From: Balanoglossus misakiensis | Lineage: Eukaryota; Animalia; Hemichordata | Reading direction: 5' to 3' | DNA length: 64,000 bases | Assembly (NCBI GenBank): GCA_040954595.2 | Contig: CM082596.2 | Span: 5,716,791 to 5,780,790 of the forward strand | Part shown: positions 27,101 to 40,692 of the stretch, piece by piece | Layout of the letters: the number at the start of each line of letters is the position of its first letter | Numbering within the stretch: position 1 is the first letter of the stretch | Program-made: the position numbers and the translations under genes | Notes under the pieces: model-generated | The model's input: only the letters and a program-made list of their open reading frames with translations | Told to the model about the DNA's origin: nothing | The model's database searches: none

Positions 27101-29752
27101 GTTATATTGTGAACAGGATCATGGAAGTATATGGGTCTTAAGGAGTTGCATTGGTTGTGATGAGAATTGTGTAATCCATGAAAATAACTTAGGGATATGT
27201 GCATGGATTTTGCTATAATGGTGATTTACGTGGGGGTTTGCATGGACTAGTGTATATCTTGTCTCAACATAAGCAGTCAAAATTTTCTTCCATTTTTCCC
27301 ATTAATTCCAGAAGATACATGTAGACCACCCACACTTTACTCTCTCACATCCTCATATTCAATTCCAACCACATTTGATCAAAGTTAATTTCTCAAGAAT
27401 CTATATGATTCTTCTGTAGAGGCAAACAGGGAGGAAGAGTTAAACATTCAGAGAAACAGTAATACAAAGTGGACTGAACACAACTGCATGATCATTCTCC
27501 TGCAATGTGAGTGTTTTTACCTTAGTGTCTTTGCCTTCAATGGCTGCACCGTTCAGTATCAGGAACTCAATAGTGTCACAGTGGCCATTGATGGAGGCTT
27601 GGTGCAGTGGCGTCAAACCATGCTGTGCAATTGTAACAGAGAAACATTGTTTTGTGAAAAAAAAACTATTGTCATGAGTGACCAGTGTTTTTAATTTCTA
27701 CGACCTAAAATGTAACATATTGTACACTGTGTATGCAGTATGTTGGCGTATATCTTAACCCAGTATTATTAATACAGACTACAGTGATGAAAACAAAGAA
27801 TGTGTTTTAATTCTGGGTCAAGAAATATGAACAACATTTTCAGATTGATTTCACCTGAGACCTTCAGTGTCATACTGCTACAATACTTAATCAAAAACTA
27901 ACACTTTTAATCCATGGGGAAATCCAATATAATACTGAACTCACACTGTTTATTTCTAGACTTAACCTGTATCAACCTCTGTGAAAATTTAAACCACTGT
28001 AATACCACACTGTAAAACATGAATTTTCCAACATTTTGACTTCAATGCAAATTGCTCTCAGATGTAATTATCATACACGTAAGACCAGACTTGAAGCATC
28101 GATTGTGAATAAGTTGCTAAGCGACCAGTTGCAGTGTATTGTATCGGCCCAGAAATACACACATGCATAATTATTAGACATACGTATCCATGGCAATGCC
28201 TCACAGTAAAGACATCCCAGTGGACGGTTGAATTGTTAGGCGTCAGACAACATGGGATTAGTTAGGCAAAAATCACAGCCACAGCATTCCAGACATCACC
28301 ATTAGTGACAGCTAAATTGGATTTGATTCAATCAAACGGGCGTGAAAGAAAAAACCCTAACCCAATATCCGTTGTTGCGAGATGATTAGAGTTGGCTCGT
28401 TTCTTTAGTGCTTTGTCGATAGGTCAATTGAAATGTCAACATTTTTGTTTACTCTATTTCAAAGAGTCACAGGATTGTATGAGTCCATTTGCCTCCACAA
28501 ATGGAAGGGAAAAAATTAAGTCATATGTATAGAATTCAGACCACTTACAGCAAGCTTTGTATGAGGCCAAGTGGGGAAAATACTTGAAACGTGAAAATGC
28601 TGCATTCTTTAAATCCTGTTATTTCATCAAAATATAATTTCCTCAGCGCTTTACAAATGAATAATTTGAACAATAATATTTGAACAATAACCTTCATTCA
28701 TAGGATTTGTTTCTAGAGAAAAAAAATTAAAGTATTTTTATTTTAAAAAATCTCTTTATTTTTAATTGATTGCATAAAATATTCTGGTAATGTTTGAAAA
28801 TTTGATTGACACTTTCCACATATGGCAGATCTGTTCATGCGTGCATTGGTTCAGGACTAAGGCTGATTGCGGTTTATTGATTCAAAGGATGTGAAGCAAA
28901 TACAGCAATAGAAGGCAGAAATTACTTCCCATTAAAATGAAATACCAGCCCATTCCATAAAACTTGACCGCAATTACTTTTATTTGTACAGTAATACATT
29001 CAAATTTGTCAGATTAGGCTGGTCTAACAAATTTCTTTGTCTGTATAGGTATGTACTAGATTTTGAGACAAAAAATATGAAAAGTGCGATAATTACTTAC
29101 ATCTGAAGTTCTTGCATTGACGTTAGCGCCACTTTTTAGCAGAAGTCTTGCGATTTCCAAGTTCCCTTCTCCAGCAGCCCAGTGCAGTGGCGTGCACTGA
29201 TCATAACCCTATTAATTTTATAATTATTAAAACGATGATCATGAAAATATGTATCAGGCAGAAAATGGAATATACTGAGAACGATATTTTATTGGCTGAG
29301 TAAAAGGAAGACAGAAATTGACATGCAAGATTTGTCAAAGGATTTCTCAGTTTTTTATATAGAAACAGCAAACTGGCAAATGATTGATATATCGGGGTTT
29401 GGGATGAAAACATGCCAAAACCAACTTTTCAACCAATGAAAAAAACTAACGGGAAAATAACATCTTATTTGCTTACATTTTCTGAGACCACTCTCATGTT
29501 TGCATGTCTCTGTATGAGTTTATGAACCAACTCGGCATTCTTAGAGACAGCTGCTTGCCATAATTCCTTTGAGGAAAAGAAAATATGCATTTGTCTGATT
29601 TCAAGTTCCACAAGCTCAGATGGGATGTTTGAAGAAATATACAATATGTTGAAATATACAACGACAGCCGATAAAAATTGTCCTACCGTTGAAAATTTGT
29701 CCGCACTCTGTGGGCGATGTCGGGTACGACTACGACTGGACCGAGTTGCCAT
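21110..29752 (-). CDS. Ankyrin repeat and death domain-containing protein (ANKDD1-like architecture), ~670 aa, 19 exons
   Basis: Exon 1 is 29687-29752. It is followed by 16 phase-0 exons of ~90-114 nt, mostly one ankyrin repeat each (e.g. 29101-29196 [28 protein letters not shown]; 25921-26022 [27 protein letters not shown]; 23661-23762 [28 protein letters not shown]). The death-domain exon is 21329-21575 ([20 protein letters not shown]) and the last exon is 21110-21171. A minus-strand AATAAA lies near 20671. Confidence 0.88.
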
Positions 29753-32048
29753 GGTTATCTTTCACACTCTTGTTGCAAACGATTACGCCTGTGACCAAAA
29801 AAGTGTCACCTGTATTAAAATATGCATCATTCAAAGTACAATATGGGGAAATGGTTTGTAAAACTTGTTACAGTTGATAGCCATATAGCGCGCACACAGT
29901 CGATACGTCTGTAACTACCGGTAAAACTAAAGCGTGTAAAGCAACTCGTTGTTTACGGCGGTATTACTTCAACCCAAAAGAGTTTACAAAGCAGTGTTAT
30001 TAAAGTTGTAAAAGTCAAAACGACCTCGAGAAAGATATATCACGTACGATCGCGGTGGGCGTCTCACGTCAAGTGTCACTTTCACTCGCCAACATACAGT
30101 GATACACTCTACCTGCACTGTAGCAGATCCATTAACGATCACTTTCTTAAGTCCTGAAAAACTTTCAAGGGAAGAAAAACACTTACTTGCCTCTATAATC
30201 CGTACAATACCGTCGCCGTTAATTTTCATTCGTGTTTCTATCTTCTTTATGACCAGAACGTACCTCTGATCACGCTTTCTTTAGAAAAAAGCTGTGATGT
30301 TGTTACAGTCCCCTCCACTGTACGACTTCATTACAACATCAATAGGCTGTCACGGAGGGTAGTTTACAAATGGCGGCTTCCTTGGCTACCAGAACCAACC
30401 ATTTTTGTGTGGGGGGGGGGGGGGGGGCAGTGAATGTAGTGTCCATGAGAAAAAGGTACACGGCTTCGCGAATAGTCCCTTTTATGTATATTCCAAAACT
30501 CTAAAAGTCCTACTATTGTCTCACAAATCGGTAAAACCAACGACAATAGTGGCTTTAGTGCTTTAAGACCCCGATGCCTGCATTTTATATGTCCTTGCTA
30601 TGTGTGCGGTGCTCCTTAATAATTTAAATGACAAAGAGACAAAAGCAAACAATTATTACAATGGAATACCTGTGCCTTATTGGAATGTGATCGATCAGCG
30701 TCATAAGGTCTATTACAGGGCAGGGTCAAACCAATGGTGAATCTCTTTATTACAGCAGTTCAGGCCCTACTCTGGAATCTGTGACGGAGGCACTTACATT
30801 GTAGTTTTGACTTTATATTGGAAATAATAAATTTGGTTAAGACTGGCCTGGTCTCCATACCCAGTGTGTTTTAGATTGACTACGTGTGGCATCCCTATGT
30901 TAATAATAATTAATGGCCATATTAGGCACTCCTTTGGGACAGTGTGACAATTTAAAAATAAAATGTCTGCACTCAGTACAAACTATCAGTTTCCATTAAT
31001 ATTACACTGTAGCTAATGTCTTGAGTACTGTATAAACTGCCATGCTTCAACACTCATTACGTTAATAGCAAGCAATTTAACGGAGACAGTTGTGGGTTGT
31101 GATATGCTGACCTTTATTGACTTGGCTGTTTGTAGTTGGACACGACTGTGTAGATGGACATGAAATTTCAAAACATACTGACAGCAACTGTAACCATGGT
31201 AAATCACACTTTGCTGATCAGTTCTGAGATGGAGTTATGGCTGAATGTTTTGTTTCAAAAGGAAAGATATCCATTGTATTCTCTCTGGCCATTAATAAAA
31301 TGTTTAAACATCACTAGTTACAGAAGTTCTAACTTATAGGTTGCTGTGATGAGAATGATATTTACTGAAGGTGTACAAGTCTCTGAACTGTAAGAAAAGT
31401 CCCAAAGTAACAAAACGATCTTACAGACTAAATGTTACCATATGCAATTGCTTTCCTTCTGAGTCAAACAACACTTTATTCCAATGATGTTCACACAAGT
31501 CTCATGTCAGAACAGTGCTCTAAAATACTTGTCGTGCAAATATTCTCTTGGATAAAATATTGCAAAGATCTCCTACATGTACACGTTATGTGAATCAATG
31601 AGTACAATTTGAAAACGATTCTGAATCATCTTTGGTTTGTTACAAAAAGGCAGCCTCTGCTCAGGCTGGCTAGGACGTCTTAATGTTTGCTACTTTCATC
31701 TGATTTGGTACGATTTCAATTCACCCTGAGCGAGTGGATTTGCAGTTTCTTTGAAAGAATAATTGTTCAAGTTTATGCAGATATCCAGTCTGAATATAAC
31801 TGATTGCTACCAAGACTTGTTGTCAGTGCGTAAAGTTGAAAGATTTCCAATGTACAATATTTTGTATCAAACTGTATTTTGACATATCAAGCAGGCTGAG
31901 TGGATGCATATTGCAAGAATGGTATGAGTTCTACATTTCACAGATGCTGCTCACCCCTCTGCAGTCACAAAAAATAACTCCTTCCTGACTGCAGAACTAA
32001 AGCATTTACAATATCTGGGGGTGACAGCTACATTTTAGAGGGACGGCG

Positions 32049-35000
32049 TCATTCGGCTTTGCTGGTCAGGAATTCCTTGATGTTGTCCGAATCTCTCGCC
32101 AACCACTTGATGTTGAGTCGGATGTTTTCCAGGGATTGCTGGATGGTGCGCTCGGCAGCGGGGGCTTTGTGGTTTTTGAAGAATTCTTCGATCTCTTTTG
32201 CTTTTTCTTCACTTGCAAAACCCTCTGTGCAATACTGTCATGTGAATAGAAACAGACGATAAAAAGTTAGTTTTCCAAGATTCCAGGAGAGTGTCTTTTC
32301 TCCCCCTGACATTCCAGGATCTCGTGGGAGTGATTTGATATACCACATTTTTAAGACCAATACAAAACATGGGCAATAGACTCATTTGTATTGTTGTATT
32401 GGTATGTGCTATATGAGAATAGGTTAACCTGAGTCTTCTAGTGACCATGTTTTTTTGTGGCACACTTCCTTTGCGTAAGCACCCAAAAGAAAATCTGTGA
32501 TTGGGTAGGACTCAAATTTCCATGGCAACCAGGTAAACTTGCACAGGCCATTATACCCTGTGATAACTTATTATTTGCCAATCATAGGTTTGATGAAAAA
32601 AAAACTTAAACACACCTTGACTAGTCTGGACAACAGAAAGCCGCCTTCATATCGTTTGTGGAGTTCATCCCAACTGTCTTGGAAGAACTTCCAGGCCATT
32701 TCCAGCCCATCCTTGGACCCAACCACTCCCGTCAACACAAACACTGTGTCCTGTGACCTGATTTCATCCTGATGATCAGTAAAAAAAAAAGAATTAAATA
32801 ATGCTAGTGATGATCTCTTTGGTCTTTCACAAGATATTTGAACTAAAAAGGCAAAGTACTGACCTGTGACCATAAAAAAATATATTATTAGAATTAAGAC
32901 TCACAGTTAAAAATATGTTAAGAGAAGGTAAAATTTGTCCATACTTTAACAAATGTGTCAGCATTTCCTCTATTAGAGTAAGTCTCAAGTGGTGAAAACC
33001 TATCATCAAGTTTTTTTCTTTTTATCAACCAATTACTTACACTGAGTGAGAAATCCAGAACTTTCTTGATCAATGCCTTATCTTTCACAGCTCCTAAAGC
33101 TCTCATAATACGTTCTCTTTCTTCGTGCAGGTCTTGTTCTCTGTACAACTGAAACATTAAAACATAAAGCAATCATCAACCATTATGATTTTTAAACAAA
33201 ATTTACTTGATTTTTAATTCTATTTAAACAGTATTGCCTCCAAACTTCCATGCGCAGTAGTAGGTTTAGCTCATCACTCAAAGAAAGAGGTTCCAATTGT
33301 TCGGTCATACGTACCTTCAACACTGCTTCAAAAGTTTCTTCGTCTGCATGGGCGAGTACGCCATGGTACACCTGAAAGTGTTAAGTTTTAAAAGCACTGG
33401 TTAAAATATTAATGTTTCAAAAACACCATGAAAGGAGTTTCTCCTTCCTGACAGAAAGCCAAGATTTCAGTTCCCGTCTTCCACTTATAAAACTCGTCCA
33501 CCACTGCAGTTTGGTGTAAACCGTTTCAACTTCCTTCAGGCCTACCGTTGGACAAACTGCACCAGGGAAATTGTTTTTAGGACAAGTCTAAGGGAATTGA
33601 ACGCATCATTTCCTTACCGGGCTTCTGAGATCAGCTGGGATCTTATCTTTTCCACTTGCGTGGGCAGCAAACTTTTTCTTGGCCTCGGCAACAATCTCCG
33701 GGTGACCGAATCGACCGAGACGTAAAATGACAAGGCTCCTCAACAAGGAATCCAAATGTCCTGAATTTGAAGGAACAGATTTTAGAGAGATTTGTTAAAC
33801 TTATAGAGCACTGAATTAATATACTTTACAATACCATGAAAAATAAATGATAGTTTTCACCCAAACATGACAGGCATTTCATAATTGGAGGGAAGTTGTT
33901 CTGTTAAAGGTGAAGTAAACTATGTGACCAATCACAGTCCATTTTTCAAAGTACAATCTAAGATCTGTATCTTGCCTTCTCCTTCCTTGGCATCCCAGCT
34001 TAGTTTCTCGGCAACCGGCGAGAGCAGATTTCTTCCGAAAGCCTTGAGACTGTCCAGGTAGTCAGTATGTATCAGTAGACCAGAGAGTGTCCCAAGGGTA
34101 TTGCAGATGTCTGTCCACACCGTGTAGTTGGGTTCGTTTTTGTAGGCGTCCATCAGACGCAAAACTTCTACAGTACTGATTTCACCAGCTTTGGCCTGGG
34201 TTAGAGAAGTACAAGCGAGAATAACCATGACAACAGTTACACAAAACTCTGAATCATTAAAATTGAAACCAAGGGTATTTTATCTTGGCTTGTTTCAGCA
34301 TATTATTTTCTTTCCATTTGTTTGCTGCATCAGTTAATAAAACAGCATGAGGCAATTATGCTACGTTTCTCCTTACCAGAGCGAATTGGTCATTGATGAG
34401 TCCAAGCCTGTCTCTTGCTGGCAACGTCTGATCTCTGATGGCTGGCATCAACAGATCTAACATTTCTGGAGAATACTGGGTTCTGTAGAAACCTACTGTA
34501 CCAGGGTTCAGCTGTCAAAAAAGAACATCACCATTTATGTGTCAATCATTATGAATTTTGTCATGATCTGTCACTAGAAATGTATCAGAACATGGAACAA
34601 ATGCATTTCATAAAACTGACAAGCGAGATGTTCTTACCTTGACCCACTGATCTGGAGCAACATTTTCGATTGTCACTGTGGTTGTGGGTTTGTCTAGAAT
34701 GATCTTTTGAGCTGCCTTGCCAGGGTTAGCACTGGTACTGATACTAATGGGTACCATCCATTGAGACTTGTCACCTGCAATGAGACAGCAGGAATTATTT
34801 TACGACTTCAACACAGGAAACGGATATATTCATTCTGTTGGCAACAGTCAACGCGCGATGGCGAACGTACATTACTCCAAGTTTCAAACCAGACATTTTT
34901 CAAACCAAAATAGTTGCTTCATTTTACATAGATAAAGACAAGGATAAGTACTGGTTTGGTTATGCCAATATTCAATCAATTTTAGAATTAATGTAAAGCT

Positions 35001-38000
35001 TGCCTTCCAAGGAGCCATCCGCACAGAACTTGCTCTGACTCAGCGTCAGAACTCGAGAGTTGCCTTCCTGTTTTGCCGACACTTTGATGACAGGAAATCC
35101 CATCTGTTTTGTCCAGGTGGACATGATCTCTTCGATGGGTTTCCCGCTAGCTTTCCCAAGCGATGCCCACAGGTCTTCAGTGAAAGTGTTCTTGTAGGCA
35201 TGTTCGGTTAGGTATGCGTTCATTCCTTTCTTGAAGTCCTGAAAATTTACCGCAAAGAGACCGGATTAACTTGGAACAGTCTGATATTAAGTGTGTAAAT
35301 GTATATGATCATATTTTACTGAGCAGAATTTAATTTACAGTTTGCATTAACAGATGTTAGAATACTGTTACTGCTGGGTGGATGATACTGCATACTGCCT
35401 CAGAACACAGTCTTCTGAAAAAGTACATCAACTTTAACACAAAAGTTTCAAGTGTAATTTGATGATTGAGTGTTGAAGTTAATTACCTCGTCCCCAATGT
35501 AATCATGCAACATTCTGATTACAGATGCCCCTTTGCTGTAGGAAATAAGATCGAAGATTTCATCCACTTCGGACGGGTGACCGACTGGAACCTGCAAGAG
35601 AGAAAAGTACCATCAGCCTTCATGCTTCAAGTGTACTGTTTCATCATGGAGAATTGGAATTCACATCTCAAAGGAATGCAGTCGTCAGGTCAGGCGTGTT
35701 GTGTGAAATGTGATAGAGTGTGTCACACACAAAGAGACAATGGCTTTGGTTTTCTCTGCATTACTCAGCGAAGCCAACATGCGACCTCAAAGATAAGCAG
35801 TCGTCATGTCGGCCATATTGTACCAGATGATACTGAATCTACCACACAAACACATGTGCGTTGATGTGAGCCAAGCCAACTTGTGACTGGCACCTGATGA
35901 CTACACGAAAGGCACAACAGCGGACACGTAGTCCTTACCTCGATAGGATGGCTGTTCCTCAAGGCGTCCAATTCCAGAGCTCTGGTGTAGTCATTGGTGA
36001 CAAACTGAGTCCAGATGTCGTACTCCGGGAGACAGAAGTCGACGCACAGGTACTCGATCCAAGACGCAAATCCTTCATTCAGCCAAAGGTGGGTCCACCA
36101 TTCCTACATGTAGAAAAAATATTATTCAGCATTTTTATGATTTCATCAATCAAGACAAAGCTTACAACAAAAGTTTTTGAAAGTCCACAATCACCTAACA
36201 CTAGTAGCCGGGAAACCAAAATTGGCTTTTTGAGAGAGTCTGTATTTCAGGTTATATACGCCAGTTCTAATTGCATGAGGTTATGATTACTGTAAAATAA
36301 TTCTGACGGCAACTTACCATTGTGACAAGGTTTCCAAACCACTGATGAGCAAGCTCATGACCTGTTGAAGACACACACGCACATCACTGATATTTTTACT
36401 TTTTTTGATGTCAAGTCTCTACTATTTACGATAATGCTTGTTCATGTTGTGACAAAAAACATAGTTTGACATACCAACAACAAGGGCAACCCACTGCTTT
36501 GCCATGGCTGAGGAATTCTTCGGATCCACTAAGAGTGCCGTCTCTCTGAAGTTAAAAGATATTGCAGTATAAATAAAAATAGTGTGTTTAATCTGTACAT
36601 TTTGTAGCTTTTCTGTTGTAGACATATTTTGTCATCCTTTTGGCAAAAAGGTGAATGTTTTGAGTTCAATAAGACTTGCCGAAATTAACCCTCACTAATT
36701 TACCTGTAGGTGATGAGTCCCCAGTTTTCCATGGCACCGGCAGCAAAATCCGGGATTGCAATGAGATCTACTTTGGGTAAGGGATAGGCGATGTTGAAAT
36801 AGTCCTTGTAGAATGGGAGAGTCTTGGTGGCAACCTGTGGGATGAACAAAGTGGAATATGTTTTTATGGCTATCCCATCACCACACATACAATGATACTG
36901 CCTTCTTCCATTTTTGTGAAGGATTTATATCCATCAGTGACACTTCACACTGCCATAGAGGGCACACTGCTACAATACTTGGATACATCCTATGACAAGT
37001 TGACTGAGATTTGCAGTCTATCAATGAAAATGAAAAACGCTAGCAGTTTGGCTGTATCAGAATTTTACAGTCATATCACCGATGTTAGCTACTGGCATGT
37101 CCAAAAATTCTGGATAGACAATAACTCAAATTTTCAAAGCCAATGTAAAAAGTCTCAGAAAGATCAGAGTCTGTTTCAATGTTTTACATACTTCTAAAGC
37201 AAATTCTCCTTGTTCTTTCTTTTCAACAGGTGTATAGACTCTGACCAAGACACCATCGGATGACTTCGCTTCCACGTAATCAAACTCTCCGACAACGAAC
37301 GCGAGCAGGTAAGTTGACATGATGGGTGTGGTGTCGTACTTCACTTCCTTGAAGTTGTTGTCTTTCTCATGGGTCTTTTCTTCAACTACGTTCTGAGTAG
37401 TGAAACAAAACAGTCATTGTTAATGACAAAGTCCCCGCTGGATTGATAGATTTGGAAAACATTGGAGGAAGGCATTTTTGAAGAGAATGCCTTGTTTCAC
37501 GATTGTGTCATTTTTACGTCATGACTTACCATGTTGGAGAGAGCAACTCTATCCTTCGGCGCAATCAAAGTGATGTCAAAAGTGGCCTTGATGGCAGGTT
37601 CGTCCCAGCACGGAAACGCACGTCTAGCATCAGTAGCCTGAAATAGAGTTTCCATGATGCTTGTGTATTGAGTTGATTTAGGAATACATATTCTAAACGA
37701 TGGCCCAATCACATACAACTACTACAAAACTTTCAACTTAAAAAGTTGTATTCAAACACATTCAAATGCAATAATTCAGTTGATCTTTTTAAGTTTACGT
37801 TCCTGAAGTAATATATGCTTTCCTGATGAGAATTTCATATATAAAATAGAATGGTACTTACTTCGAATTGCGTGACAGCACAGTATCTGTCCTCTCCGCT
37901 TGGCGTGTTGTACTTGCTGCGGTAGAAACCTTTCATCTTATCGTTCAGTTCCCCGGTGAATTTTATGTTCAGCTTCCCACTCCCGACTTGTAATTCGCTC

Positions 38001-39878
38001 GGGAAGGTCAACGTGGCTGTCTCATCCTCCTTGCTGTAACTCACAGTAGCAGACTCACCTGGGATACAAAAAACAGTGTTAATGACAGAGCATCTATTTC
38101 TTTTTGTATGAATAGCTATTCAACCTAGTTACAAAACTATTATTTCATCTTTCTGTATTGTCTTTTCAAACACAACCTCTGCATGACCCATCATTTTGTA
38201 TGTTTATGTATAAGAAGCGCGACATGTGAAACTTTACATATTAATAGAATCCCATTGTTTCTAAAGTTAAAATAACACATCAAAATAGCTCTGTTGAGTG
38301 AGTCGTCTGTTGAGTAATTTTAAATCAAGGCACGTAACCGCTCCAGACCTTCTCAACCCTTGAGTATGCATTTCCAAATATGGACATCAAAACACATTGA
38401 TGAATGGGGCCAGGTACGGCATAACACAACAGTAAAGCCTTTGAGTAATTCAGGCTCACTGGTCAGTGGCCCTTGCATTGTACTTCCAGAAGTGAAAGCG
38501 AAAGTATAAAAATTCACACCCTAAGGAATACAATGGCAACCATCACTTGTAAAGACATCTGGAAAGTTTCCTTAACAACTTTTGTATCAGTTGAAGTAGT
38601 AGCATGACAGGGCAGAAAGAAGAGAATTTAAAATTTTATTTTCTCTTTGCAAAATGAAAGAACATACAGAACTAACATGGATTAGGGTTGTTTACTTTGT
38701 GGCTAGTATTTGTTTTGTCCCCATGGGAGCAGCCAAGTTACCTCATTCTGAATCTTCGGCCACCAAGATGAAATTTTGTCTTATGAGCCATCTTTGGCCA
38801 TAGCAATGAAATTGTACGTTAAGAAGTGCCATGGCAATGTATTACACCATGGAGCTAAACCCACAACACAAATCAATTAATTGCCCATAAATAAGAAATC
38901 ACCCTGTTTTAATGATCAATTGAAATCACTTACTTTTATTTCCAGCTTCATACTCTGCGCTTGAAATTTCAATGTCAAGACAGTTGAGAACTACTTTTTT
39001 GGTGGCACTTTTCACCTGGAAAGACAAAATTATCATTAAACTAGTGAAACGAACGATGACTTATAAATGAACTTGCTCAGGTCATAGACAGTATGCTCAG
39101 ATCGGACATATTGTATGTATGTTACATCCAAATTTCCAGATAATGGAATGAACACTAAATTATGTAACAGATTTTGCCTTTGTTAGGGCGTGCGCGTCTA
39201 GTGCAGTCTGTTGTTTTCATTTTGACTCTGATGTAATTAACTTAAAAACTTGCGAAAATATAACTAAGATGACCATAATGGTCAGGGTTTTCATAATGGC
39301 ACTCATACGATATACGATTTAGGCACAATTTAACGAACTGTAACACCATACGATGATTATTAGCCCGAACCGCGCCCCCTGATATTTTCATTGTTCTTTT
39401 CAGTTTCTCTTCCTAGTATTGTTTATTTCCTCTCTTACGATTGGACGCCTTTGTCGGATTATAGTCTTGTTTTGACAAATTGGTCCATACAACGAAACCG
39501 ACAGAACCGATCACTCGTACATGTATATTACAATCCCTAGCAAGTAACGGCTGTAAAATATGTAATTTTCGAATGTATAGTAAAAATCCACGTGTTGTAC
39601 ATTATACATATGCACAAAGCAAGGCCACTTACCTCGACAGATATGCTCTCATTGCCCTCGAACGTGAACGCTTTCAAGTTGGGTTTCAGACTGAGATTAT
39701 AGTTTTTGGGTACCACATTCTTGGGCAGGCGCTCGAATGCTTTCTTCTGATCCCCGGCCGACATGACTGCAGAGAACCGTGAAATTTTGCTGAGTCGTGC
39801 TTGGAGACACACACGGAAGTGAATGTGACAGACGCTGATTAGCTTGTTTGTTATATGTATACTCCACCATGTTGTCAT
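32049..39878 (-). CDS. NPEPPS: Puromycin-sensitive aminopeptidase (M1 family), ~19 exons; alternative downstream start at 39764
   Basis: Motifs seen: [74 protein letters not shown], zinc motif [54 protein letters not shown]. Exons run from 39633-39764/39878 to the last exon 32049-32234. Confidence 0.96.
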
Positions 39879-40692
39879 GCTGCCAACCAGTTCCCTGTCA
39901 ACGCTCTCCCAGGCCAGGTACCAGGCAACGGTTACTATGGAAAAGACACGTACCAATCGACGGCGTCCAACGCGCACGTACGTAGAGGGACCCTGCCATG
40001 TGATTAAACTAGCGTGAGGGACAATTGTGTCATGTCACCCGATATGTTTTGAAACTTTTATCAAACAATTGTGATTATTGACTCCGAGCATGTATATTGT
40101 GATCAACCACAGTCCCTCCACACATTTGGTTCAGTGATGCCATGGCTTATCCTGAATATTTGATTACCTTCCATTAGTTGCGGGACTATTGGAAAATATA
40201 TGCCAATGGTAGACAGTGCAGTATATCATCGGATATCATCGCGATGCAATAGGGGTTGGCTGTTAACTATAGTTTCTGCAACCACCACCCTTTATTAACA
40301 AAAAATGCCTGCTTTATGCGTACATACTTTTCCCAACCATGATCCTGAATATATCTATGAAAGAGTATTACGATATAAAAGAGTACATTCTTGTAGTAGT
40401 GTGTTCTAGAAATCCAAAAGATTAAAGTATATGAATGCATAGCAAGTCGTATCATAAATGTATTTTGAAGTAACATCTTGCCCTGATGTGTTATTGACGA
40501 GAAATGCAGTCTATTTAAGATGTCCAGCGGGCAAGTAGAACCAACTTTCCCCTAAAAAATATCTGAATACATATTTACAAAATATGTGACAAAACAACTA
40601 CGCTCTATCCCTGCCTGCTGTATACTTCTCTAAGCTTCAAATCAAAGACTGTGTTTGCTAGTTAAGTTTACTGGTGGATATGTTGTTGTCGT

